Shown: one piece after another, positions 26,401 through 40,759 of the stretch
Position numbering within the stretch: the stretch's first letter is position 1
Layout: the number at the start of each line of letters is the position of its first letter
Assembly: GCA_013239625.1 (NCBI GenBank)
Contig: MU054187.1
Coordinates: 11,793,893 to 11,857,892, forward strand
Direction of reading: 5' to 3'
Length of the DNA: 64,000 nucleotides
Origin: Lama guanicoe
Taxonomy: Eukaryota
Position numbers and translations under genes: made by a program
Notes under the pieces: model-generated
Told to the model about the DNA's origin: nothing
Database searches by the model: none
What the model saw: the letters and a program-made list of their open reading frames with translations, nothing else

Positions 26401-28614
26401 ATGGCTGGTACTTGTGTGCGCACCATCTTGTGCTGTTGAAAATTGAGATGACCATTCCCGTTTGTGAGGAATTTTAAATGGTAGGATTTGGTCCCGTGCA
26501 GATGGAGGGAGCTGGGTCTGTATTGCTGTCTTCATTCAAGGGAGGACCTCCTGCTTATGCACAGCATCCCCAAGAAAAGAGACACACATCTTGTCCTCAT
26601 ACATACAAGAGAAGAGGGTGATGGGGCAGTGGTGAAAAAAAAAATAATAAAGTGAAAAGGGAGATAGGGTTGCACTGGGAGGTCCATTCTCAAGGCTCAG
26701 GAAGATGCTGTGACTGGCAGGTGAGTGCTGGGGGCCTGGCAGAGAGGTGATGAGATGTCTTCAAGTCCTGGTTTTGTCATGTTGAGGAGTTAGTTATGTA
26801 TGTCACTTTCCTGGGCCATGAAGTCCTCAGCAGAAAAATGGGATCCTTTAGACTCTTCTGGCTCTTTCTTATGATTTACGAATTCTTATATTTGGTTTTC
26901 TCTGTCTCACGCCCTGTCCCAACGATTCCATCCATATCTGACTTATCAGAGATGCTGGGATAGTTTTGAATTTGCATTTCATGGGATGTCTTGGAGGTGA
27001 GGAAAAGCCCCTTTTAAATACTCGGGGTGCTAGAGGAATTCAGGTGGCATTCCTGGGAGAGACATAGATTAGGGCAGTGTTGGATTTTTCTAGTGGATTT
27101 TCATGTCTTTAAACCTTCCTTATTGGGACTGTTTTAACGAAGAGTCTGGTGATAAGGGAGATGCTGGCTTGGGATAGTGCCATTCCTTGCTAGGTCCTTT
27201 ATGTTAAACAGAGGCTATCAAAGGGGATATTCAGTCCTGGCTTCAGTATTTATTGACTAAACATCTAGAGTGCAGCTGGTTGTGTAGTGGCCCTTAAAAT
27301 ACCACGTGTCCATGTGTCTGTAAGTGTGTATTAAAACTGGGTGTTAAAAAGTACATGAGCATGTGTGTTATTCAATGACATATCTGGAGATTAAATTAAA
27401 AAGTAAATTAATAATCAAATAAGCATATATGCTATTTAGTAACTCACTGTTTAGTAACTCTGGCCCTTTTAAAGATTCATTAGAGTATTTTAAATAAAAT
27501 ATTGTTACTTAGTAGAGTAACAAATTTCTATGGTTCTTTAACTGTATGAAGTGATAATATGCAGTCAAAATACAAAGAATATAAAAAGTTAATGTATATT
27601 AAAGAATTTTTATTCTTCAGTTTGGCTTTGGTATAGCAAAATGATAGAAAAAAAATTGCCCACTTTTGAATTATTTTGCTTATTTTAGACTCCAGAATTA
27701 TGGCCAGTAGTAACTTAGCTTGGATGTTTATTAGGTGCTTCTTTTAGCATTTACTTGAGCTGATGCATTTTGTTTCCTTTGTAATAAAATTATCTTTGTA
27801 TAATTATTCTATTATAATATGTCATATTGGTCCTCTTTAAAGGAAACATATAAATTATTTTCCACTATGAAGATTAACCCAAGAAACATTAATTAAATTG
27901 GCTCATCTCACAATTGATAACATCACTGCAATTTAATGAACTTACCGGGTTTCAAATGCTCTGTGGAAATGGGAAGTTTTGATGATATTTGATGCCTTCA
28001 AGTAGATGGCTGAACCGAACAGAGCTGAGTGCTGAAATGAGATACAATCAAAATGTGTGTTTTTAAGGGGCTCCTTTGGCTCAAAAGAGCATAATGAGGA
28101 ATTTCAATAAAGTAACAATTCATTTTTTCCCTCTTTTCTTCATCTTCATGGAGATCCCAGGTCTTTTCTCAAGGAGGTTGAACATAGCAGCTCAGTTTGC
28201 TTATTGCTTATAAGAGGGGAAGTGTCTCTAAAGTAGCTTCTAGCTGGAAACAGTCTGTTCCCTAAAAAGCTAACCGATTTGACTTCTTTACATAAATATT
28301 CCAAAAGCACCACAGAAGCATTATACAAAGCCATGTTGATATGTGAACATACTTTAAAACCCTGAAGTTACTTTGAAGTGTTAGTTATAATTATTACTGT
28401 TTTCTTTCATCCTTTGAATTGTTACCATGAATCACGTCTAACCTATTCATTGTAACCTCACGTCAGACTTTCAGTCTGGGTTATATTATTGAGAAGTCTA
28501 TACTGTGGAGATGAGGGTTCTGATTCAGGGTCAGTAGGACGTGCTCTGACCGCTTCTCCCCTCAGTGGTGATGATTTTAAGCTGATTTGTTAACATGCTC
28601 TTACCCTCTCTCAT

Positions 28615-28798
28615 TGGTTCCAACCAGGGGCCGTATTTTGAGACATTCTGGGTTTTCACAGATGGAGATGGAGGTGCTGCTGGTGTTTAGTGGGTGGGGG
28701 TCAGGGGTGTTCCTAGCACCTTACGACACAGCTCAGCCTCCCCCAGCAAGGATACATCCAACCCCAAATGTCCACAGTGCCACGGCTGAGAAACCCTG
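28615..28798 (+). mobile_element. MER20
   Basis: tggttccaaccagggg...gagacattctgggttttcaca...ctggtgtttagtgggtggggtcaggg...ccaaatgtccacagtgccacggctgagaaaccctg. Confidence 0.8.
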
Positions 28799-29958
28799 CC
28801 TGTGTCCTCAGGATGAACAGTGCATCTCTTACCAGAAGTCTGCTCATGTTGCTCTCGGAGGTAGAACAGATTTTCCCAGCATGCGGCACATTGTGCCACT
28901 TCGGGGTGAAGCCCTCAACCTTGATCTCAGGAGTAATGCAAATGCCATGTGACATGTTCTCTTCAGATAAGATTCTGTTTTCAAGACTTTCCCATTTTGG
29001 GGGGTGCAGGGGTAGCCTTTACTTTACTAATAATTGCAACATACAGAAGATATAAAGCTTTTATTGCCGTCAAGTAAAGATGGAAGGTGGCTGTTACAGT
29101 CTACCTTTATGTTCATGCTGAGAAGTATGATGTCATTTCAAGTAGCCTCTCTCAAAGCACTTGAATGTACTAGCAGCAAACTGCTAGACCTACAGAATTC
29201 AGGTCTCACACGCCTGGAGGTGTCTCCCGCGACTGTCCCACGCTTATGACTCTTGTCCCCGAAGTCAGCAGCTGCTCCTCTGCTCTTTACTAACTTGGAA
29301 AGTAGAGTCTGTGATAGACATCACTTATCACAGTGCCCTCCTTCCCCAGGTAAGGGTTCCCATAAGGCTAGAAGCCTAGGTATAGATAGAGATACTCTTG
29401 CCTCTTTCGCAAAAGTAAATGTGGGGAGTTTTAAAACAGTCGATCTTTTTCCAAAATCAGAGGGACTTCATGAGAAGTCTTCCTGTATTGAAAGGCCAGT
29501 AGTCAGAAATCTTAGGCAGTTCGTGCTCTGCTGACCTTTACCAAAAGCCTTTTGGGTCACCCTTCTGGGTCAAGTGGCCACGGGCATTCCTTCCACCACT
29601 GGGCAGCTGGACATGTTGACCCCCCTCCATCGATGTGAGGTTGCACACACCTCTCAGGTACTCTTCTGCCTCAATGCACTTCTCCCACAAGGAACCCGGG
29701 CTTGCATATTGAGGGACTTGTACTTGAAGTTGAGTCTTCATAATTATGGTATGAGAATGAAAGGGCCAGATTCAGTCATGCAACGTTGGATTTAAGCTTA
29801 AAATCATGGTCACCTGTATCTCGGGGTCATACATCATTTTGCTACATTGATTGATTAGCAGAGAATCTGGTGATTACAAATTGCAGACACACCTCCTATT
29901 TTTTTTTTCATGATAAAGGCCTTTCCTGGAAAAAAATTGCCCTTTTAGGAATGAAAAA

Positions 29959-30435
29959 NNNNNNNNNNNNNNNNNNNNNNNNNNNNNNNNNNNNNNNNNN
30001 NNNNNNNNNNNNNNNNNNNNNNNNNNNNNNNNNNNNNNNNNNNNNNNNNNNNNNNNNNNNNNNNNNNNNNNNNNNNNNNNNNNNNNNNNNNNNNNNNNNN
30101 NNNNNNNNNNNNNNNNNNNNNNNNNNNNNNNNNNNNNNNNNNNNNNNNNNNNNNNNNNNNNNNNNNNNNNNNNNNNNNNNNNNNNNNNNNNNNNNNNNNN
30201 NNNNNNNNNNNNNNNNNNNNNNNNNNNNNNNNNNNNNNNNNNNNNNNNNNNNNNNNNNNNNNNNNNNNNNNNNNNNNNNNNNNNNNNNNNNNNNNNNNNN
30301 NNNNNNNNNNNNNNNNNNNNNNNNNNNNNNNNNNNNNNNNNNNNNNNNNNNNNNNNNNNNNNNNNNNNNNNNNNNNNNNNNNNNNNNNNNNNNNNNNNNN
30401 NNNNNNNNNNNNNNNNNNNNNNNNNNNNNNNNNNN
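29959..30435. other. Assembly gap (477 N)
   Basis: Run of N. Confidence 1.
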
Positions 30436-30684
30436 GTCCTCTTGGGTGCTCCTTCAGACTTACTTAGTCCCCATCTTGGTTGGGTGTGAGGAGGAGCCCA
30501 GCCCACACTCTGAAAGGGACTGGGCTCATGCTCAGCCTACCAAGTGGGAGAGACACACCTGACAATGTGCATCTCTTCACAGTGGGACAGGTAAAGATCG
30601 CTGCATTTTTAACCTACATGACTTTCATTTTGAATTGTTCTTAATATAATTATATATTGGTAAATGTATAAACATAAAAGCAAC

Positions 30685-31170
30685 AATATTGAGATATAAT
30701 TCACGTGCTATACAGTTTACGTATTTGAACAATTCAGTGGTTTTCCGTATACTTGCAGAATTGTGTAGTCAGCCATCAGCACAATTACAGGCGATTTTAA
30801 ACACCACCCCTAGTAAAACACTGTGGGCGTGAGTAGTCATTCCCAGTTCTCTCTCATCACCCCAGTTCTGGATAAGCCCTCATCTGTTCTCTTTCCTGGG
30901 TAGATTGGCTCCTTCTGAACATTCCGTTTAAATGGAATCATATATATATAGTTTTCTGTATTTGGCATCTCTCACTAAGCATAATGTTTTTAAGGCTCAT
31001 CTGTACTGTAGCAAGTATCTCATCAGTATTCCACCCTTTTCATTACCAAATAATATTCCATTGTGCATTTTCATTTCATTTACTCATTCATGAATTAAAG
31101 GGCATGAGGCTTGTTTCCACTTTTTGACTACTATGAATAGTGCTGTTACTAAGATTTATGTACAAATGTT
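30685..31170 (-). mobile_element. L1MB-like 3' end
   Basis: attgagatataattcac...aattcagtggtttt...aaatggaatcata...ctcactaagcataatgtttttaaggctcatc...gtttccactttttgactactatgaatagtgctg. Confidence 0.75.
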
Positions 31171-31677
31171 GGGTGGTATGGATGGAATTATAAACCTCTT
31201 GGACTTAGTTTATCCTTAAAATTTTGCATTAAAGTTATTGTAGAACCGTCTGTTATAATATGAATATAAACTCTGTTTTGGCGTTGGTCCACATTGCAAA
31301 TTCCTGATGTAATAAAACTCAAGTGTCTGACATGAAGACTGCAACAGCAGCACGAATCCAAAGTGGTGCCTTTCTGGAACGCTAAACACTAACCTTAAAT
31401 CAGCGTGAGGGGCGATGTGGTTAATACTTTTGAGGAAAGACAAGTCGGCTGCCCCCACACATCCACACCATTTCTGTCATTCTGTCAGAGTGACATTCCG
31501 TGGGCACACGGACGTAACCAGGTTCTGTATCTAGTATTGGAGGTGGCATCTCTCTGGGCTTTAAGAAATCCACGAGGTTTCCAGTCAAACAGCATGTGTA
31601 TTTGTATGTGTCCGTGTGTGTGGTTTGCTTTTTCATCTTCTGATTTTCGGGTCTTGCACTTTGTGTTTATAATATTC

Positions 31678-32043
31678 TTTTTTTAAAAAATATTTTATTG
31701 ACGTGCAGTTGACTTACAGTGTTAGTTTCAGGTATACAGCAAAGTGATTCAATTATACATATATATACACATATTTTCTCAGATTCTTTTCCATTATAGA
31801 TTATTATGAGATATTGAATATTGTTCACCATGCTGTATAGTAGGTCCTTGTTCATTGATTTTATATATAGTCATGTGTGTCTTTTAAACCCTAACCCCTA
31901 ATTTATCCCTCCCTGCCCTTTCCCCTTTGGTAACCATGGTTTGTTTTCTAAGTCCGTGAGTGAGTCTATTTTTGGTTTGTAAATAAAATTTGTATCTTTT
32001 TTTTTAAAATTCTACATATAAGTGATATCATATTATGTTTGTC
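31678..32043 (-). mobile_element. 5'-truncated L1 3' end with TSD
   Basis: Family phrases; TSD tttataatattct on both sides (~31666 and ~32044). Confidence 0.85.
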
Positions 32044-35000
32044 TTTATAATATTCTAATGGAGTGAGGAAGGATGACAGTTGTTAAAGGGGTTAATTTTC
32101 CAATGCATATTGTCTTTCTTTTAAAAAGATCGCTGGAGTAATTGCATCCACCTTACAGAAAAGGGAGAAAAAGGGGATCACAGGAAATAAAATAGTCTAA
32201 TGAGAAGATGAATGTTAGGATCACTATTCTATTTCACCGAACACTTTCCTGAAGCCTCTTTTCCCTTCTTCCCACACATCTGATTATTATCCCCTCATTT
32301 ACCAAAGAAGAATTGCATAGTTGGCGATGTACTGCTTTTACTTCTTTGCTCTGTGTGTGTGTGTGTATCTGTACCGGTTATGTTTACAATGACTTCAGAT
32401 TCATCAAATATATTATTTTTTATTGCTTTCTTGCCTGTAGAATTCCTTTCTCTTTGGGATTCCCTGTGTCTGACTAATCTGCTTATTTCCAGTAATTACT
32501 TCTCCCAATATACAAATGCTTATTTTTCTTCATATAAGCTGATCTACTGAAGTATCATCTTGAAGAATAGTGTTGGAGAAAGTACAGTCCTGTTACAATG
32601 AGAAAGCATCACTCTGCCAATTATAATGACATTAGAAAACTGTGTTTTTGAACTACTGATCTGGGTCATATTCAGTGATTTAAGTTTTTAGGGACTGTCT
32701 CTACCTGTTGGTTTCTTTCTGGAGTCGACATTGTAGCTATGACTTACAGAAATAATCAAGATTAATCATGTTCTGCAAAAGCTTTCTCATAGAGACTTTC
32801 TTTTGATAGAATGAGCTCTTTACCGGCCTAGAATAGCAAATGTCTCTTAATAGCCCAACAAGTTTCCTGAATTGAGAAGCATTAATTTCAAAGTTCTACG
32901 ATTTTATTGCAAGCAGAAAAAAAAGCCCCATAAGTAGTATCTTCAATGTTTCCAGTGTGATGTTTTACAGGTTCCTTTTGCTAATTAAAAAGTCTGAGCA
33001 AAAGGGTATGCTTTGTTCCCCACCCCCTTAAAGCAACAAGTGAGAGCTGAGTCTGCAAGACAGAGAAGGCTCAGTGTCTCACCGCTTAATCGAATTGATT
33101 CGGTCGGGCCATCGGTGTGGTGGGCAGCCGATTTACAAGTGCCTGATGTCTGTCGAGTGCAGGCAGAAGGGGGCTTGCCCTGCCAAGAGGGCTTTCTGAA
33201 CTGGCCTCTCTGCCTCCCTCCCTCCCTCCCTTCTGTTAGGAGACCTCGCTGAAAACAAACAGATGCCTGCTGCCAAAACGCAGGACTTAACCTGACCCTC
33301 CACCAGCTCACAAAGGAGGGCTTTCAGGTCCCCAGGAAAACAGCCCCCGCATTTTATCAGGCCGTGAAATTCGGAGTGAAAAGCCCTGCCTCTGGCTGCC
33401 TAGCCATGCAGGGAGCGATGATGGTGCTGCGGGAGGGCCATGCAGGCAGAGGTGATGGTGCTACGGGAAGGCGGGGAAGCGGGGCTGGGAGGATGGACAA
33501 AAGGACAAAATGACAGCACACCAAGGGGCCTGCCCCCCTTCTCTGACTGCTAGGTGGTCTGTAAACTCCTGAGAAATCGTCCTTGTCCACCAGGCACAAG
33601 CTCATTTTGTCTTCCCAGTTTACTCTGGGTGTGGATGGGCTGGAGAGGGTACTGGGAGCCATCTCTGCACATGAGTGTCCCTGGTCTGCCTCATTAGCAA
33701 ATGGCAGCAACTTCATTTCCAAAAAATAAAAGCGAGAGAAGGTCATCGCTTCACGAGAAGGACTTGCCCTGCTGGACAAGTCTTGACTCTCTAGGAGGAA
33801 TGAGCAGACTGGATTTCCTGTAGAAGGCACCCTTCTGTTTTGCTTTGCTGTGCCTCCTCTGAAATACGGTCTGTATACGAGTCAGTCGCATTTCCTATGC
33901 ACAGTTCATACACTGGGTACGAGTTCATACTGTTTTACAGAAACATGTAGAGATTTGCGAGCATATGAAAGAAACAGAGGAAGAGCGTCACTCACCGTGT
34001 AAAAGTGCACTTATTAGGTGCCACCAGGAATCAGTCAGATGTGCTTGGCCCTCCGTGATGTGGTTGCATTACTATCGCTGAGCAGGTCTTGGCTGAGTTC
34101 ACTGCTACATTATTCAGCAGATTCAACGTGTTTTAGGTCAGTCTCATGAACTCACAAGTGGACAACAAATTGAATTGGGCAGAAAATCATAAAACCTGTG
34201 GGAGAAATACCTTTGGCTTTATTATAGAGACAGCAGTTACACTACCCAATGGAGTCGTCTGCCATTACCCTGAGCTGCCTGCTCAGATTTATTGGGTTTG
34301 TACATCTTATCTAAAATTTCCTAAATAGTTTTATGTGTGAGGGAGACTATTTTTAAGCTCCCCTAAAATGGAAGAAAGCAGGCTTCAATATACCAACTAT
34401 GTCATAAATACCACATGTGTCTGTAATGTGTCTGTAATGTTCTTTTCAAGTGCATGAAATCTTTCTTAGGAATTTTACCATTTCATAAGGCAGCTCTCTC
34501 TCCCAGACTGTATTTATTAGGTCACTAAAGGACTGGTTCTAGAAATGGCCCTGGATATTTGGAGAAACAGAAGCTAGATCATTTGTCTCTGATAAAGGGA
34601 ACATAAATTTCTTCAATAACAGAGTTATTTTCTTTCCTCTGTTTTACACTTTGACATCATGCCTGTGGTGCTTCTGGAAACACATTCAGCAATTACTCTA
34701 AGGCTCGCTAAGATCCCAGATTCTCTTTGCTCAAAAGCTACAGCTTACTCTGAGTAGCCTGTGTGTTATAAATCACAAACACCTTTCATCTCACAACCCA
34801 GCAGAAACCTTTGGGGTGGATCTACATTGCTGAAATTTACAGCTTTATTTTCACGCTTCTAAAGATCAAATCCGACATGAACATCCCACTTGCTTTTGTT
34901 CCTCACTCTCTTCCTGCTCATTGTTCTGTTTTCTGTCTAGTCATCCCTTCACCCAGGGAGCTCTGGCCAACTCGGTGCCAGGGGGAGGTGGTCCCCACTG

Positions 35001-35871
35001 GTCCTTCTCTCCTTTTTCTATAGCATTGATCCCACGTGTCGTAATGGCTTGATTAATTTTGCCCTCCAGTACACTTAAGGTTGAAGCAGGTAGACTGTCT
35101 GTCTTACGTGTCCATGTTTTCCCTGTGTCTATGTTTTCCCCATGTCTCTCAGAGTGTAAGACGCATAGATGTGGCTCAACAAATACGCATGCTGGGAAGG
35201 TAGAGAGGTAACAAAGTGAAGGCCGTTTATAAATTAACATGGGTGACACAGCAGACAATCAGAGAAGCCGTGGCTATATTCTTCACATTTTTGATAGCAT
35301 AGGGGTTAAATTTGAATGCACATCTGTCATCTTTAGTCCCTTGTGTCAGCCAGCGTTGATGAAGGAAACAAACTGCTCTAGGTACATAAACAGGAAGGAA
35401 TTTAATACAGGGAATTTGGTGCTCCTAAAATGACTGGAAGTGTTGAAGGAAGGGGCTCTATCCAGACCTGCAGAAATGACTCCAGTGCACTGTAGAGCTG
35501 ACCTTCTCGCTGGCTCTGAGACCTCTCAGGAACAATTATCTCAGAGCCCAGCATCCCCTCCAGTGAAGTCTCCCCAGGAGACATCCAGGAAGCTGAGGAC
35601 TTGAGGACTACAGGCAGAAAATCTTCACTCTTCCACTGTGGTTCTGAACAGCAGAGACAGTGAACATGGGACAGGCAAGAAAAACACCTTCTGCTTCTCT
35701 TCTGCCTTCAAATGCTGCATCAGTGAGTTCATTAGCATAGCCAAATTAAATTCAGAATCTTAGTGATAAGGTCATCTGGGAAGTGTACTTTTTATTCCCT
35801 TTCCCACTAGAGGGAGTGTATGATGGACGCTGAAGTCAAACTCTTGTACTTTCTTTTAACACTCTTAACTT

Positions 35872-36090
35872 GTCCTCTCCAATTTGGTGGCCACTAGCCA
35901 CATATGGCTGTGCAAATTTAAATGAATTAAAATGCAGTAAAATTAAATGTTTAGTATCTTGGTTACACAGGGCAGATTTCAAGCCCTCACTGTATTATAG
36001 GTCATGTATGTCTCTCATCTCTGACCTATGGCTACCATATCGGGCAGCGCACGCATACAGCACTTCCACTCATGCATTATTGGGTACCAC
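35872..36090 (+). mobile_element. MER3-like hAT element
   Basis: tccaatttggtggccactagccacatatggct...aattaaatgtttagt...tggctaccatatcgggcagcgca. Confidence 0.7.
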
Positions 36091-38904
36091 TACTCAAGAT
36101 GATGCAAAATGCCTTCTTCTTCTGCACTTTTTGGTTCAGCAGAGCAACTGATGATTGAATAAAGGAGTGGAAAAAGTGAGCCTAGACTTCATCAGGTGGG
36201 GTTCAGTTTGCTGAGTTGTAACATGCAAAACAAAAGGAAACTTCTTTGGTTGGTTCTTAATTGTGTGTCTCAGGTCAAAAGAGCCATGAGGGGAAATTAG
36301 CTAAGCAACCCATGTCTGCCTTGCCCACGGTGTAAGGAAGGCTTTTCTAGCCCTTGCGCAAACTCTGAATCATTACCAAACTTTCATTGTGATACAGACT
36401 TGCTAAGTTTGCACTTGCTGTTAGTTTTGACTGGGCACACAAGTCACTGTAATTGTTGCTTTATTATAAAGGACTTCCATGGGACACAAGAACCTCAGTA
36501 TCACTCTTTTGGGGGTGAAGGGAGAACAAAGCTAAATATCCAAGTGAGATTGTGCAAGTTCTGAGTGTGAGTTGAAAGGCTGAATAGGTTCTATATAAAT
36601 AGGGTCCCCCACCCCAACTACTCCACAGCCTCCTCCCCAGGGTTTTCTTTTCAGCTTCTGTAAAGAAACAAGTATTACGCCTCAATCATTAATTTTGAGC
36701 AGACCTCCCACATTATGCCTGCATGAATGGGTTTGTTCAGAGATGCCCTCATGTCCCAGAGGCCCTTTACTGGTGACAAAGCTGGGGTGCTTTGATCTGG
36801 CACAGGAGACAGGAAACAGGAGCATCCTCATGAGCTTTGGCTCCCCGGTCCTTTCAAGAGCATGCCGTGTGTTCCTGGAGCTGCAAGCGTCGGCAGGCGA
36901 ACCCCACAGATCCTTATTAAGCTGTCAGTGTAACAGGCTGCATCTGTGCGAAAAGGGTTGCTGCTGACACTCTGGACAATTTGACAGTAAGGATTTGTTT
37001 CTTTCCTGCATTCTTGCTTAATACCTGCCACGATCACTCACCTCTCAGACAAGTAGATCCAATTTCTCAAAAATAATTAGCCAGAGTGTCTGTCTAGGTA
37101 GGCCCTTCTTATATATTGCTGATATAAACTATCTTACTAACCCAGAGCACAGAGTACAAATAAGATACTGAAATATTAACAGATACTGATTGTAAACTGA
37201 CTACAATAAAAAAATTTTTTAAAAAATAGCTCTGAGAGGCTTAACATAGGGGCAAATTTGCAAAGCTGAGTGACTCCCGTGACGTATGTCACAGTTTATA
37301 AGCCCAGGAGCTCAGGGGGAAAAGGACAGCAGGCCACCCAGCTTGGGAACACGATTGACACGGCTCTCCAACACCATCAATTACACGATTTCTTAAGAAT
37401 TGTGCGTTGTTAAGAAAATGTGTAGGAAAAATATATACAGAGATAAGGATCAATGCTAGACTGGCCTAAGGTTTTAAATGTGGCATGAAGGGAGGGAAGT
37501 CTCCATTCAGCTTGGGCCATGTCGGGAGGAGCCCCTTAACCTGGGCCTCAGCCACATCAGGACCCCGCTGTGCGGATTCAGTTCTGGCTTTCACCAGCGA
37601 GGTGGCGCCTGACTGTTTAAGCCCGCAGCCCGCTGTGACAGGGAACTCCCATGGAGCTGTGCAGAGTCGGACAAAATGGAAGCATGAGATGGCTCTTGAT
37701 TTAGCCTGAACATCTGACTAATGGTGATGACAGCTTCCCTGAGGTATTTTGATTACCTGGGGGGGTCACATGGGAGAAAGAGGGGGTGGTTGATTTGGTA
37801 CCTGCAAAAAAGATACAGATGCTGTGATCAAACTATAATAAAAAGTGTATGCGTGTGTGCATGTTATACCTTCTGGCCTTGAAATGACACAGAGAAATAT
37901 CTTCTAGCTGTCGTTGAGTTTTTGAGCACGCGGGTGAAATGCACACTTTTAGTTTTCTGGGAGGAGAGGCTGTCTGTGGACATCATCTGACTGAGCCGTC
38001 TGCTTCTGTGGTACATTTCCCACTGAGGGTCACTTCTGCACTTCTCTTTAGAAAAATGTTCACATTAGGACCTAAGCTTCCTCATCTGAGGGAGAAGAAC
38101 CTTTACATCCCTGCATTGGCCAGGCACCGATGTCAGCTTTTCCTCAGGGGATTTGTAACAGAGATGGGCTGATTCTGCTGATTTTAGAATTTCTGTATGA
38201 CTTTACGCAGCAAGTGCAAATACTACTGAAAGCGAATTAATGCCCAGGACATGTCATTGAATGGTTTGTGATGGCAAAATAAGTAGGTTATACTCATTTC
38301 CTATTTTCACTGTGAGAAATGCTTTGCTTTGATGTTGCAAAAAGGGTTTATTTAGGACAGAGGATGGAGGGACATTCTCAGACGTGAACTGGACCACATG
38401 GCTCATTTCCTGTGCTTTACAATTAGAAACCAAGACAGAGTCAGGATGATTGGAGTCTTCACACAACCGCCGTGGAATTACCCTGGGACCCCAGGACGCC
38501 TGGGGCTTCTCTGGCCTCAGGACCCTTAGGGTTCCTGAGACTGTGGTTAACCACCTGTTTATAGAACCTGGTAGATACAACTTTACAAAGCCTAGAAGGT
38601 TCTTTTTAAACATTGTGGGAAGACATGCCATCTAGTCAGGATGGGGTTTCATATCTCAAGCATTTGTTTCTAAGCCTCCATTTCTTTTTACAGCTTGTTT
38701 ATAGCCACTTTGCTATTTTTAAAATCACCTTTTCCCCGTAGATACCTGCCCATAACAAATCTCAAGGGTGCCTGTTGAAGAAAATTTGAGATTTTGAGTA
38801 ATTTTAACATTATTTGATGTATTGATTTTTAATTTGTAACTTGATTTTAAACACTTCAGAAAAGTTACAAGAATAGTATAAAGAACTTTCGTATACCTTT
38901 CCTC

Positions 38905-39066
38905 TAAATCAGGGTACGGCAAAATGTGCTGACAAGGATTAGTGAATATTGTTGCCTTTCTTGGCCATGCAAACTGTTCCAACTATCAGCTCAGCTCTTG
39001 TAGCACAAAAGCAACCACATATACAAATGCATAAAGGAGTGGATGTGGCTGTGTTCCAATAAATTT
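38905..39066 (+). mobile_element. MER58A-like hAT element
   Basis: cagggtacggcaaa...tagtgaatatt...aactatcagctc...ttgtagcacaaaagcaacca...tgtggctgtgttccaataaa. Confidence 0.7.
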
Positions 39067-39115
39067 TTAACCACCTTTTTCACTGAAGTATAGTTGATTT
39101 ACAATGTTGTGTTAG

Positions 39116-39232
39116 GGGGAAGGGTACAGCTCAGTGACAGAACGGGTGCTTAGCATGCACGAGGTCCTGGGTTCAATCCCCAGTACCTTCATTAAAAAAT
39201 AAATAAAACCCAATTACTACCGCCCCCCCAAA
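39116..39232 (+). mobile_element. vic-1-type tRNA-Ala-derived SINE (camelid), nested in an antisense L1 3' end spanning ~39075-39510
   Basis: ggggaagggtacagctcagtgacagaacgggtgcttagcatgcacgaggtcctgggttcaatccccagtacc: Pol III A and B boxes, TGC anticodon loop, then aaataaataaaacccaattac...ccccccaaaa tail; imperfect TSD tacaat.ttg..tta. Confidence 0.8.
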
Positions 39233-40759
39233 ATATACAATATTGTTAACTTCAAATGTACAGCAAATATATATATGTATACACACACACACAAACACAT
39301 ATACATACATATATATTCTTTTTCAGATTTTTTTGCATTATAGGTTATCGCAAGATACTGGATACTGTTATACCATAGGTCCTTGTTGTTTATCTGTTTT
39401 ATATAAAAGTAGTGTGTATATGTTAATCCCAAACTCCTAACTTATCTCTCCCCCTCCCCTTCTCCCCTTTGGTAACCATACTTTGTTTGCTATGTCTGAG
39501 TCTATTTCTCATGAGAAGTTTGCAACAACCAGCCACACGCTCTTCCCTCTGAGTATAAAAAAAGCCTGGGCGATAGTTTTGTTTTTTGTTGTTTTTTGTT
39601 GTTTTTTGGGTTTTTTTTGTTTTTTTTTTTTTGTCTTCTAAGAATATAAAAATCTTTCTTAGAATCTTTAGTCTCTAAATAAACTAGAAGACTATTCTGT
39701 GAGTTTAATAATGCACAAAGCCATTGGGTATTAAAATGTAAATACCATATACAGTTGAATTTTAGTGGTAACTCTATTTTGTTACTGCAAAAGTTGAAAA
39801 GTGTGTGATTAACACAAACAAAATCACACTTCTGGAAATTATTTAACAGATGAACATATTTGGGAAAAGTAAGGAATGTAAAAGGAACAAAACAGTTGTC
39901 AAAAAACACAAACAGTAAAAGTCAAGGTATAATTATAGTTCTATTCCTTATGTGGGAGAAGAAAGGAAAATGAAACATAGAAAACTCCATCCCAGAAATA
40001 CCTGACAGGAGGAAGAAGGCTGACGTGCAAAGAAAAGGAAGGAAACATAAGAGAAGGTAAAGCTATGAAGCTGGTCCGTAGATTTAAATAATTAGAGGGA
40101 GGTCTGGCAGTAATCTTTGTGCTCTACCCCAACAAACTGCAGGAACAGATAAGGCGTAAACGCAGTGTGTTTTAACACCAGGTGATGACTTCTGTGAAAG
40201 TTAAAATCACCACCCACCATTTCTATAACAGCCTACCTGCAGAAAAGTAAGGTAAAGATGGGTATTAGGCTTCAAGACTTCTAAAACCCAGTAAGACTAG
40301 GTATTTCAAACAATTTAAAAGCATTGTTAGTAGAATCCCGTCAATTGGGAGCATAAAGTACCGGTTTCATTGAGAGTAAGTTTGAAGCCGTGTAGCCCCC
40401 ACCTTAAGTATCAACAATAAGTTCAATTTTGAAGTTTCTTTTTTTTAATATGTAATGACTTTTTAAATTTAAAAGAATTTTTTTAATTAAAATATAGTCA
40501 GTTTACAATGCTGTGTTAGTTTCTGGTGTACAGCACAGTGGTTCAGTTTTATATCTATTCCTTTTCATATTCCAATTTTGAAGTTTCTTAGTTTAAAAAA
40601 AGTATTCTGGAACTCCTATTGAGAATTGCACTGTGAGAGAGTATTCATAATACCTTGGAAGCCCTCAAGTATAAACTTTGTAGTTGGCTTCCTTTAAAAG
40701 GCCAGAAAAGAAATAATTTTTCCTTATATGTTTTAACACAAGTAACAGCGATACCTCTG

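Noticed and set aside
29870..30562. 230-aa and 210-aa ORFs
   Set aside because: Artefacts of translating through the N gap.
39116..39190. tRNA-Ala gene
   Set aside because: Degenerate stems, SINE tail, TSD and multiple related copies indicate a SINE.
9600..40000. Numerous 60-190 aa ORFs
   Set aside because: No recognisable protein similarity other than the L1 fragment; consistent with chance ORFs in non-coding and repeat DNA.
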